Shown here: one piece after another, positions 1 through 7,125 of the stretch
Numbering within the stretch: the first letter of the stretch is position 1
Layout: the number at the start of each line of letters is the position of its first letter
Origin: a virus
Lineage: Duplodnaviria; Caudoviricetes
IMG/VR virus record: IMGVR_UViG_3300044455_000042
Coordinates: 1-40,535 of that record
Length of the DNA stretch: 40,535 bases
Direction: 5' to 3' (one strand)
The notes under the pieces: generated by a model
Databases searched by the model: none
Told to the model about the DNA's origin: nothing
The model's input: only the letters and a program-made list of their open reading frames with translations
Position numbers and translations under genes: made by a program

Positions 1-127
1 TAACCGTGTTAACCTTGAAAAGTGGCGGACGATGCACACCCGGCGGGTGGCAAACCGGCAGGCGGGAGGGACATCATGAGAACCCCATTTCGATGAGCTT
101 CCCACGGGGTTCCCATTTGTCCCACGG
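1..127. repeat. Terminal direct repeat, copy 1 (circular assembly overlap)
   Basis: 1-127 is identical to 40409-40535 and contains the 3' end of the integrase ORF, so the contig circularises to 40408 bp. Confidence 0.95.
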
Positions 128-240
128 ACCTCAACGAAATCAATGGGTTAGACCACGCCTTGAGAACGCCTCAACTACCTCTAAGGCGTTGATATCATTG
201 GAGGCCGTGGGACATGGGACATACCCGTGGGACGATGGAA
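83..240. mobile_element. attP-like phage attachment site
   Basis: Directly after the int stop. Arm-type repeats TCCCACGG (100-107, 120-127) and inverted CCGTGGGAC (205-213, 225-233). Two inverted IHF consensus sites WATCAANNNNTTR (138-150 plus; 182-194 minus) flank the dyad TTGAG-AACGC-CTCAA (160-174). Confidence 0.75.
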
Positions 241-249
241 ATCAGTAGC

Positions 250-318
250 ATGATCGCCAAACCACCGAGGGCTCCGTTGGCGGTAGTATCCCTCGGCCGG
301 TACAGAATGGCGGCGTGA
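250..318 (+). CDS. Possible 22-aa mini-ORF MIAKPPRAPLAVVSLGRYRMAA
   Basis: ATG 250 to TGA 318, abutting the next ATG at 319; a related interrupted copy lies at 612-727; no clear SD. Confidence 0.3.
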   Translation: MIAKPPRAPLAVVSLGRYRMAA

Positions 319-699
319 ATGATGCGCTGCGATGCGTGCAAATTCTGGGTCGCGGGCGAACAGTACGTCGACGACGATCGGCTTGTTGATGAGAGGCGCG
401 GGAGTTGTCATCGAAGATCCCCTTCACCGTTGGTTGGGGATGTCCACTATGAAATTTTGAACCACTTGACTACGCTTGTTCACGCCGCCGTCGACGACCT
501 GTCTGAGAATTATTTCAACAATTGGGAGGAATCTTCCAACGCTTCATGCTCGTGGCCGACGACTGAAGCATCAGATTGGTGTGGCGAGTTTTCACAGAAG
601 GAAATCGTCCAATGATACCCGTGCCAGCGAGGGCTCCGTTGGCGGTAGCGCAGGCGCCTGGCTACCCTTCGGAGAACTCCGAAGGGTCGTATCCCTCGG
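266..699. repeat. Two-copy structured direct repeat (266-296 and 628-699)
   Basis: CGAGGGCTCCGTTGGCGGTAG is identical at 266-286 and 628-648; GTATCCCTCGG at 286-296 and 689-699; copy 2 has a 41-nt hairpin insertion. Confidence 0.85.
319..615 (+). CDS. Hypothetical Cys-motif phage protein
   Basis: 98 aa; CxxCxxW...GxCxRxxP...WPxTxxxDWCGEF pattern recalled from small alphaproteobacterial phage proteins. Confidence 0.7.
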   Translation: MMRCDACKFWVAGEQYVDDDRLVDERRGSCHRRSPSPLVGDVHYEILNHLTTLVHAAVDDLSENYFNNWEESSNASCSWPTTEASDWCGEFSQKEIVQ

Positions 700-806
700 A
701 AGATACCGGATGGCGAAGGCCGCCTAGCGCCGTTTCACGTGCAACGTGCCGACGCACCGGCCGCCCGCCAAAACGCACCAGCGGCCACGGCTACGCGAAT
801 GGGGGC

Positions 807-949
807 CGTTGCGCGGGACCGAGAGGGACTCAAACCCTCAGTACGCCGGTCCTTCGGGGTTAGCGCCATCCCGCCCGGCTCGCCGCTCGCAAGCGACTTA
901 TCGCGTCTGTCAGTTTAGGCGCATTCTTCCGCCATCGGCCCGCGCAACG
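807..949 (-). ncRNA. tRNA-like structured RNA (not a canonical tRNA)
   Basis: Minus strand: 7-bp acceptor-like stem GGGCCGA/TCGGTCC extended by CGTTGCGC/GCGCAACG; Leu-type D arm TGGCGGAA...AGACGC with an enlarged loop; T arm GAGGG-TTTGAGT-CCCTC; two hairpins replace the anticodon arm; no CCA. Confidence 0.65.
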
Positions 950-954
950 CTGCG

Positions 955-963
955 TTTATAACA
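955..963 (-). promoter_or_regulatory. Extended -10 promoter for the tRNA-like RNA
   Basis: TG-T-TATAAA on the minus strand ending 6 nt before the first base (949) of the closing stem. Confidence 0.55.
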
Positions 964-996
964 CAGCCTGCGCGCCCCCTACGCGGAACTGCGCAC

Positions 997-1026
997 TTGC
1001 AGCCCGCCGGCCGCCCATGGCAAGTT
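997..1026 (+). promoter_or_regulatory. Possible sigma70-type promoter for the rightward RNA/moron operon
   Basis: TTGCAG (997-1002), 18-nt spacer, TGn-CAAGTT (1018-1026); predicted start near 1033 where the RNA stem begins. Confidence 0.35.
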
Positions 1027-1032
1027 CCATCG

Positions 1033-1093
1033 CCGGACGCGGTTAGGGTAGCTCCCGAATAGCCGGTCCGTTAACCGGCCACGCCGTGTCCGG
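1033..1093 (+). ncRNA. Three-way-junction RNA, candidate antisense/leader regulator
   Basis: 10-bp stem CCGGACGCGG (1033-1042)/CCGTGTCCGG (1084-1093) encloses hairpins GGG-TAGCT-CCC and GCCGG-TCCGTTAA-CCGGC; AGGGTA and TCCGTTA are complementary to TACCCT (1094-1099) and TAACGGA (1102-1108). Confidence 0.6.
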
Positions 1094-1118
1094 TACCCTC
1101 GTAACGGAGAGGAACCCC

Positions 1119-1355
1119 ATGCCTGAAGAGATCACCCTCGACTTCATTGCGCGCCAGCTCGAGCGCGTCATCGCTGAACAGGGGAGCATACGCGACGACT
1201 TGCGCGTGCTCACCGCCATGACCCTGCGCGTCGACCACGGGCAGGCACGCACGGCAACCGACATCCAATTGCTGACCGACGAGGTGCGCGCGATGCATCA
1301 GCAACACGCGCGTTTCCATGACCGGCTGGTCAAGGTCGAGGAGGTGCGCTCATGA
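1119..1355 (+). CDS. Small coiled-coil hypothetical protein
   Basis: SD GGAGAGGA before ATG 1119; heptad-like MPEEITLDFIARQLERVIAEQGSIRDDLRVL. Confidence 0.8.
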   Translation: MPEEITLDFIARQLERVIAEQGSIRDDLRVLTAMTLRVDHGQARTATDIQLLTDEVRAMHQQHARFHDRLVKVEEVRS

Positions 1356-1813
1356 TCAGCCGCATCGCGCTCGCCCTGACCATCGCCGCGATCTCGACCA
1401 GCGCAGCCGCACAATCCAACCGCAAGCAGCCAACCTGGGACGACCTGCTCAGGCCGGTTGAGGCAAAGACGAACCCGAACGTCCCGATCGCACCACCCGC
1501 TCCAGCCGTCGCCGCTCAGCCACTACTGCCTCCTAGCATCAGCCCGGCGAACAGAGCTCCCCCAGCAAATCCCAATACAACGTTATTGGACGGCTGCGTC
1601 ATCAGCGCCATCGGCCGACTCCCGAAAGCAGAGGGGCTGCGTGTGCTGAAATCCTCATATGAACATTTCGAGTCTGGTCAGGTGTACCAACTCCAATACC
1701 AACTCTGGACCATATCGATCTCGGTTGATCTCCACGGACGCCAAGCCAACTATCAGTGGCGTTGCCGCATTAATGATAACAGTTCGTCCGAACTACTGCT
1801 CGGCGCCATGTGA
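1352..1813 (+). CDS. Exported protein (moron) with signal peptide and Pro-rich linker
   Basis: ATGA overlap with upstream gene, SD GAGGAGG; signal peptide MISRIALALTIAAISTSAAA; two Cys in the C-terminal domain. Confidence 0.75.
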   Translation: MISRIALALTIAAISTSAAAQSNRKQPTWDDLLRPVEAKTNPNVPIAPPAPAVAAQPLLPPSISPANRAPPANPNTTLLDGCVISAIGRLPKAEGLRVLKSSYEHFESGQVYQLQYQLWTISISVDLHGRQANYQWRCRINDNSSSELLLGAM

Positions 1814-1828
1814 GGAAAGCCGAGCAAT

Positions 1829-1863
1829 AAAAAAAGAGCCGCCCGGCGGTGACCGGGCGGCTT
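1829..1863 (-). terminator. Rho-independent terminator ending the late operon (possibly bidirectional)
   Basis: Hairpin GAGCCGCCCGG-CGGTGA-CCGGGCGGCTT with an A-tract at 1829-1835 (U-tract on minus) between convergent genes. Confidence 0.85.
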
Positions 1864-1887
1864 AAGCTTGAGGGCCGGTAGGCGCCG

Positions 1888-1995
1888 TCAGGCTAGCATG
1901 GTTCCGCCCGCCGGCTTGCTGAAAAAGAACACCACCACCGCGCAGACCACCGCGATCGCGATCAGCGCCAGCACGACGCGGCGGTCGGCCCTCAT
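1888..1995 (-). CDS. 35-aa single-TM peptide after the endolysin
   Basis: ATGA overlap with the endolysin stop; MRADRRVVLALIAIAVVCAVVVFFFSKPAGGTMLA. Confidence 0.6.
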   Translation of the reverse strand: MRADRRVVLALIAIAVVCAVVVFFFSKPAGGTMLA

Positions 1996-2654
1996 GCCTG
2001 CTCGACCTTCACGGTGACGCCCGGCGGCGCGTCGATCGTGATCGTAACCACCAGCGGCTCGGCGGGCGGGTCGGCCTCGATCGCCGCAGCCTGTAGCGCC
2101 GCCAAGAAGTTCCCGTGATAGCCGGCGACCTGCTTGCCCAGTTTGTCCGGGTTGATGATCGCGCGCGCACCCGTCGGGTTGTTGGTGTCGGCGTCGAAAT
2201 ACTGCGGCAGTGACTTGCCGGTGAACCAGCCTTCCATCATGCCCTGGCTCATGACCTGCCAAGCTATCGACGAGTCGAGCGCGCGGCTGGCGTACCATTC
2301 GAGATCGTCCGCACCGGTCAGGTGCAGTTTGGCGGTCGCCCTCGCGTAGTTGTCCCGCCAGGTCAGTTGCACGTAGCCGCGGCCGTAGTAGGTCTGCTTG
2401 GTTTCCGGATCGACCTTGCCGTACTTGTGCCCCGACCCTTTGCCGAATTCCTCGATCGGTTGCATCGTCGCCGCCGTCTCGTGAAACGTGGTCGCCAGCA
2501 TATAGGCGAAATGGCGCAGATCGTCCGATGCCGGCTGGTTCTCCCATGCCGCGAGCAACAGGTTCTGCCCGTCTACTTGGTGCTGGCTGAGCTTGCCGGA
2601 GAACGGTTTCTGCTTCACCGCATCGAAATAGATTTTGCGATCGAATGTGATCAT
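1992..2654 (-). CDS. Endolysin, glycoside hydrolase family 19 (chitinase-like)
   Basis: Motifs AYMLATTFHETA...MQPIEE and YYGRGYVQLTWRDNY; ARAIIN near the C-terminus; at the end of the late operon. Confidence 0.9.
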   Translation of the reverse strand: MITFDRKIYFDAVKQKPFSGKLSQHQVDGQNLLLAAWENQPASDDLRHFAYMLATTFHETAATMQPIEEFGKGSGHKYGKVDPETKQTYYGRGYVQLTWRDNYARATAKLHLTGADDLEWYASRALDSSIAWQVMSQGMMEGWFTGKSLPQYFDADTNNPTGARAIINPDKLGKQVAGYHGNFLAALQAAAIEADPPAEPLVVTITIDAPPGVTVKVEQA

Positions 2655-2908
2655 TGTTTCGGCTTCGTTAAGAGATCGACCATCCGTTCAATCTGAACCG
2701 TGTGTTTCTTGGCATCCTGCTCCAGCACCGTGATGCGCTCTTCCATCTTTGCCATCCGCGCCACGCTGTATTCCGCACCACGAGTTTCCATGATTGATAC
2801 GCGGGTCTCAAGCTTGACGGCATACGCGACGATGGCGATGGCCTGCACCACGAGGGCAATGACCAGCATGTGGTTTTCGCGCAAGAATGACTTGAGCTGG
2901 TCGACCAT
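2651..2908 (-). CDS. Holin candidate (one TM plus coiled coil)
   Basis: ATG 2908 overlaps the upstream TAA; hydrophobic MLVIALVVQAIAIVAYAV; immediately upstream of the endolysin. Confidence 0.6.
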   Translation of the reverse strand: MVDQLKSFLRENHMLVIALVVQAIAIVAYAVKLETRVSIMETRGAEYSVARMAKMEERITVLEQDAKKHTVQIERMVDLLTKPKQ

Positions 2909-3642
2909 TACGATCGGGGATATGCCGCTGCCGGGACCGTGAAGCTCGACTCGGTGGTGTACCGGCAGGCGCCGTTGGTGAACCTGAACTCGTCCTGCCA
3001 GCCGGCGAAGTGGCGCCCGCCGCTTGCGCCGTTCTGGGCACCGACGCCAAACTCGGCCCCAGTGTTGCCAAGCGCACCGTGATTGGTGCCGATCTGCCCG
3101 CCGAGGAACACCCCGTCCACATAGATGCGGATCTTCGTGCCGTCGTAAGCGTACGCGACATGATACCAGACGCCGGTCGATGGCGACCACGATGCCGAGG
3201 CGGCGGTGCCGCCCGAATTGCAAAACCAGCTCAGCCCCCCGTTGAACCGGCAGAAATAGCCGCTGCCGCTGTCGAACTGCCCGCAGAAGCCCTGGTCGCC
3301 GCCGGTCGAGGAAAACCGCACCCACATCTCGATGGTCCAACCGGCTGCGGACAGCGTGCTGAAGTTGGTGTTCGCCGCCGAGCCTACCACGCGCGCAAAA
3401 TCGTCCGAGCCGTCGAACAAAATGGAGGCAGCGCCGAACTTGAATTGCGCTGTGTCGATCTGTGCGCCGTTGAGTGCGGTCATTGTGCGCGGCGAACTGC
3501 TCTCGTCGGTGATCGTCGTTGATGCGTCGGTGCCCTCGCCGCCGAGCAGGAGGCGCACGCTCGAGAAACTCGCGTCGCTGCCACCACCGCCTCCGCCACC
3601 GCCCATGACGGCGGCAACCTGTGTCGCCGGCCGAAATATCAT
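2908..3642 (-). CDS. LamG/concanavalin A-like lectin domain tail protein
   Basis: Start ATG 3642; motifs IDTAQFKFGAASILFDG, WTIEMWVR, WYHVAYAYDG...IYVDG, FAGWQDEFRFT. Confidence 0.85.
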   Translation of the reverse strand: MIFRPATQVAAVMGGGGGGGGSDASFSSVRLLLGGEGTDASTTITDESSSPRTMTALNGAQIDTAQFKFGAASILFDGSDDFARVVGSAANTNFSTLSAAGWTIEMWVRFSSTGGDQGFCGQFDSGSGYFCRFNGGLSWFCNSGGTAASASWSPSTGVWYHVAYAYDGTKIRIYVDGVFLGGQIGTNHGALGNTGAEFGVGAQNGASGGRHFAGWQDEFRFTNGACRYTTESSFTVPAAAYPRS

Positions 3643-4061
3643 GTGAAGTTCCCGCTCGCGATCACGCTCACCGAGGCGCCAGTGGTCACCTTCCAGGCTC
3701 CCGCCGCGCTCCTGATCCCGAGCGCCACCGGGAACGGCACCAGGTTGGACACGCTGGACGCGCCGCCGGTAAAGATCGTGATGGCACTGCCAGCGCCGTC
3801 CTTGATGCTCACCGCGCCGGGCGATGTCGTCGCCGGAATGATCCACACCGTATCGAGATAGTCCTCGGTCGCTCCGGTCGGGCCGAGCACCTGGTCGGTT
3901 GCGGATGCCGCGACGGTTTCATATTCCGCCGCGCTGATGTCGCGGATGTTGTGGACGAACGAGTACGGCCCGGTACCGGCGCCGCTCTCGTCCCACATTC
4001 TCATCGTGATGAGAGTGCCGCTCCCGTCGCGGATCTGTTTCGTCGTGAATGCACCAGCCAT
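3639..4061 (-). CDS. Hypothetical virion/tail protein
   Basis: 140 aa, Gly/Ser/Thr-rich beta-type sequence, translationally coupled in the tail module. Confidence 0.75.
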   Translation of the reverse strand: MAGAFTTKQIRDGSGTLITMRMWDESGAGTGPYSFVHNIRDISAAEYETVAASATDQVLGPTGATEDYLDTVWIIPATTSPGAVSIKDGAGSAITIFTGGASSVSNLVPFPVALGIRSAAGAWKVTTGASVSVIASGNFT

Positions 4062-4249
4062 CAGACGGCCCCCGCATGAAACGCATTGTAGAACTTGCTG
4101 TAGTCCAGCGCATACTCGACAGACGCCGGATCGTAGTCGTCAGGATCGATCAGCGTCGGCAGCGATGGCGTGGCACCCGTGCCGGCGTCGGCGCCGATGT
4201 TGCCGGGCGTGAATATCCCGGTGATGCAGTAGTCGAGTGTGAGCGGCAT
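4061..4249 (-). CDS. Small hypothetical protein
   Basis: 62 aa, TGATG overlaps on both sides, fills the gap exactly. Confidence 0.65.
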   Translation of the reverse strand: MPLTLDYCITGIFTPGNIGADAGTGATPSLPTLIDPDDYDPASVEYALDYSKFYNAFHAGAV

Positions 4250-6294
4250 CAGTCCCTCGGGAAGGCTTCAACCGGGACAGACACGCCGCTGTCGCTGGCG
4301 CTGCGTGACGATCCCTTGGTGATGCGGATTTCATCGATCTTGCCCGGCCAGGTCCTGCCGCCGCTGATCGAGTTGCAGCCGATCGACAGCACGGCACTAA
4401 GGCCGGTGTCATCCGAGATCGAGCTGTTGGCGGGCGTTGCCGATCCGATCATGGGCGCTATGGCGTCGCCAAAGGCAGCGCGATAGAGCCGCGCCTTGCC
4501 GGCCGCATCCTTGTCGACCCTAACATAGTATCGAGTCCCACTGACCCACGTCAGCCCGCTCGATACCGGAACGGCAGTCCAGGCGGTGCCGGTGCTGTCC
4601 TCGGCGAGGAATGTCAATTCGCCGCTACCCGTCGTGTTGACATAGATCATCCACGACGTGATCGGAACACCGCCACCCCACACACCGATGATCGTGCTGT
4701 CCACCGGTGTCGTATTCGATACCGTCGAGATGAACGTCACCCACACCTCGATGCAGAACTCGTCCGAGTTTGATGTGGCCAATTGCCAGTCGGCGTGATC
4801 GGTGTAGTAGATCCCGTCAGCATCAGACGTTGCGTCCAGCACCAGGGATTGACTGCCGAATATCGGGCTGGTCGATGTCAGGGTGGCGGCCCCGATCACC
4901 GTCGCATTGCCATGAAGATGCGGACTTTCGTCCGTCATGTTTCCCTCGAAGCCCATCAGCAGGACGACCATGGGCAGCAGAGGATCGGTGTCGCCGTACA
5001 GCCGGCAGCGCAGCATTGCCTCGGCCGTGACCTCCACGACATAATTTGCGCCGTGCGTCGTCTCAATGACCTTCCACACATCGTCGTCGACACCGTCCGC
5101 AAGGCCGCTCAGTGCGACCAGATCGCCGGGCTCGATCTCGAACCCGAATGCCGAGACCCTGAATTGAACCCGCTTGCGGGCGTTCTCCTCGTAGTACTGG
5201 GCGAACGTCACAAGCGCCTGGCGCGTTGCCGCATCGAGAACGAGCGGCAGCGTCATCGTCTGCTTGCCGACCGCAGCACTGACGACCACCGGATCGCGTG
5301 GCCGCTTCGCAAGCGATGTGACGATCGTGTAGTCCTGATCCGGATCGACCGTTGCTAGCTCCAACTCGCGCGGCTGCGCGCTCGGCTCGGAACGAGCGAT
5401 CGTGACCGGCGTGTCACCCGCAATGATGCGGTCCCGCGTGACAACCAGATCGGCCGTCACGTTCGAGCCACGGTCCTTGACCCGCAGCTTGTCCGACTGG
5501 AGAAGATCGATGTTGCGGTAGGCGCGCGTCACCGATTGAGACAACTGCACGATGTTGAAGTTGTCCTTCATCAGCAGCGCCGGCACGACATCCGAGATGT
5601 TGACCGCCTCGAACTCGGCCGACGTGTAGCCCGCCCATGGCGACCAGGCGACTTGCTCGAGCGCGTCTCCCAGGTTTACGCCGTCGTCCGGATCAGCGCC
5701 GTCTGTCGTGTCTCCGATCAGGCACGACACATAGGGCACCGGCTTCACGAACTGCGCATAGGGCAGATCCTGAATGAACAGGACCATCTGCGGGCGGTAG
5801 GCAATGCCCTTGCCGGGAAATTTCAATTCCTCGAGCGGGTCGACGGCCTGGTCGAGGCGCCCGCCGTAGAACCGGAACGTGAACGACTCGGCGGCGAACG
5901 TGCCATCGCCCGGCAATGTGCCGCCGCCGCTCGATGTCCACGCCGTCATGCTGTCGAACGCGATGTCGTAGATGATGCGCGTGCCGTCCGGATTGGCCGG
6001 CAGGCCAAACGACACACCGAACGTCACCTTCCCGCTGTCGAAGTAGGGACCGAATATGATCGACCCGCCGATGCGGGCGAGCCCCAGAACCGACAGCGCG
6101 ATCGGCTTGTCGTAGAGAATGTCGGCCTGGATCTTCGGGTCGAGGGTCGGCGTGACCGGAGTGGCGGGAGGGGGCGCGCTGCTGGTGGTGGTGGCGGTAC
6201 GAGTTTGGATTGCTCCCCAGTCTGACCAATTTGGCTCGTCGCCCCATATGCCCAACATTGATTTGAAGGGAAATGCGTCAACCCCGCTGGCCAT
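4249..6294 (-). CDS. Tail tip/central tail protein (GTA-like tail domain plus C-terminal LamG)
   Basis: Follows DUF2163; GLARIGGSIIF, PGKGIAYRP, EIEPGDLV motifs; C-terminal FCIEVWV...WPGKIDEIRITKG LamG domain. Confidence 0.85.
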   Translation of the reverse strand: MASGVDAFPFKSMLGIWGDEPNWSDWGAIQTRTATTTSSAPPPATPVTPTLDPKIQADILYDKPIALSVLGLARIGGSIIFGPYFDSGKVTFGVSFGLPANPDGTRIIYDIAFDSMTAWTSSGGGTLPGDGTFAAESFTFRFYGGRLDQAVDPLEELKFPGKGIAYRPQMVLFIQDLPYAQFVKPVPYVSCLIGDTTDGADPDDGVNLGDALEQVAWSPWAGYTSAEFEAVNISDVVPALLMKDNFNIVQLSQSVTRAYRNIDLLQSDKLRVKDRGSNVTADLVVTRDRIIAGDTPVTIARSEPSAQPRELELATVDPDQDYTIVTSLAKRPRDPVVVSAAVGKQTMTLPLVLDAATRQALVTFAQYYEENARKRVQFRVSAFGFEIEPGDLVALSGLADGVDDDVWKVIETTHGANYVVEVTAEAMLRCRLYGDTDPLLPMVVLLMGFEGNMTDESPHLHGNATVIGAATLTSTSPIFGSQSLVLDATSDADGIYYTDHADWQLATSNSDEFCIEVWVTFISTVSNTTPVDSTIIGVWGGGVPITSWMIYVNTTGSGELTFLAEDSTGTAWTAVPVSSGLTWVSGTRYYVRVDKDAAGKARLYRAAFGDAIAPMIGSATPANSSISDDTGLSAVLSIGCNSISGGRTWPGKIDEIRITKGSSRSASDSGVSVPVEAFPRD

Positions 6295-6297
6295 GCG

Positions 6298-7125
6298 CTA
6301 ACCCTCGAGCATGGCTTGAGCACCGAGAAAATGCGGCTCGCCTTGAAAGTTGATGTAGTTGGAAAACTTGCCGCAGCCGTTGTCGCCCATCGTCTTGTCG
6401 CAGCCCGGCCATAACGTGAGCGCCTCGCCCGCCGTGAACAGCGCGCCAAGCGGAAGATATGTGGTCAGTTGCAACGTCGACTGTATCCAGTTGCCAATCT
6501 CGAACTTGATACCCGACGCAGTCTCTCCTGTCCCCTGGTTGAACCAGCCATCGGCGGGCGGCGCCCCTAGCCCGGCGACCGTGATGTTGAACCTGTCGAT
6601 GATCGTCCCGACCGTGCCGGTATGGTCCCACGCATCCGGGTCAACCTGACATGTCGAGCTGAACAGGTCCGTCCGGCACATCGGCGAGTACCGCTGGATA
6701 ACCGACTCGGCCCTGGCACCGAGCCCGCGAATGTCGAACGATCCGGTTGCGCCGATCGGATTGATCGTGACCGGCTGGATCGAGCCGGTGAACAGTGGGT
6801 CACCGAGCGTCGTGAGATTGTCACGGTCCACTACGTACAGGATGACCTCGGCGCCGTCCCACAAACCGACATTCAGATCGAACGTGTCGATCGTGCCGCC
6901 AGCAGCATGTGCGAAGTTGATCTGTAGAGATGGCATCTCGCCGCCGAGGATGTGCTTGACGCCCATGATCTCGCAGCCGGGCAAGGGCACGAACGTCTCG
7001 GCCGCTACCGTGATGGATGTCTCGGCTTCGGCAATGCGCAAGACCGGCCCGTCGCGGCGGGTGAGCCTGGCCAGCCGCGCCGGAAACAGCGTCGTGGCCG
7101 TCAACGGCAGACCAAACGAACGCAT
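6298..7125 (-). CDS. Baseplate hub, DUF2163/BR0599 family
   Basis: GLWDGAEV, YSPMCRTDLFSSTC and GCDKT...C.KFSNYINFQGEPH motifs. Confidence 0.9.
   Translation of the reverse strand: MRSFGLPLTATTLFPARLARLTRRDGPVLRIAEAETSITVAAETFVPLPGCEIMGVKHILGGEMPSLQINFAHAAGGTIDTFDLNVGLWDGAEVILYVVDRDNLTTLGDPLFTGSIQPVTINPIGATGSFDIRGLGARAESVIQRYSPMCRTDLFSSTCQVDPDAWDHTGTVGTIIDRFNITVAGLGAPPADGWFNQGTGETASGIKFEIGNWIQSTLQLTTYLPLGALFTAGEALTLWPGCDKTMGDNGCGKFSNYINFQGEPHFLGAQAMLEG

Noticed and set aside
1-127. 127-bp repeat as a biological terminal repeat
   Set aside because: It cuts through the integrase gene and its length equals a common assembler k-mer; the HNH-terS-terL layout suggests cos ends elsewhere
198-206. 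TGGAGGCC as the reverse complement of a tRNA-Cys 3' end (att core)
   Set aside because: Only about 8 nt and it lies outside the IHF-flanked dyad
6-248. 80-aa plus-strand ORF
   Set aside because: Overlaps the int 3' end out of frame and crosses the attP-like site; no protein features
266-648. CRISPR array or DGR template/variable repeat
   Set aside because: Only two copies about 360 bp apart; no cas or reverse transcriptase gene; differences are not adenine-specific
807-949. Functional tRNA-Leu or tmRNA
   Set aside because: No 7-nt anticodon loop, no CCA, altered T-loop, no GG in the D-loop and no tag reading frame
1024-1038. Alphaproteobacterial LexA box GTTC-N7-GTTC
   Set aside because: Reads GTTC-N7-GGAC, two mismatches in eight
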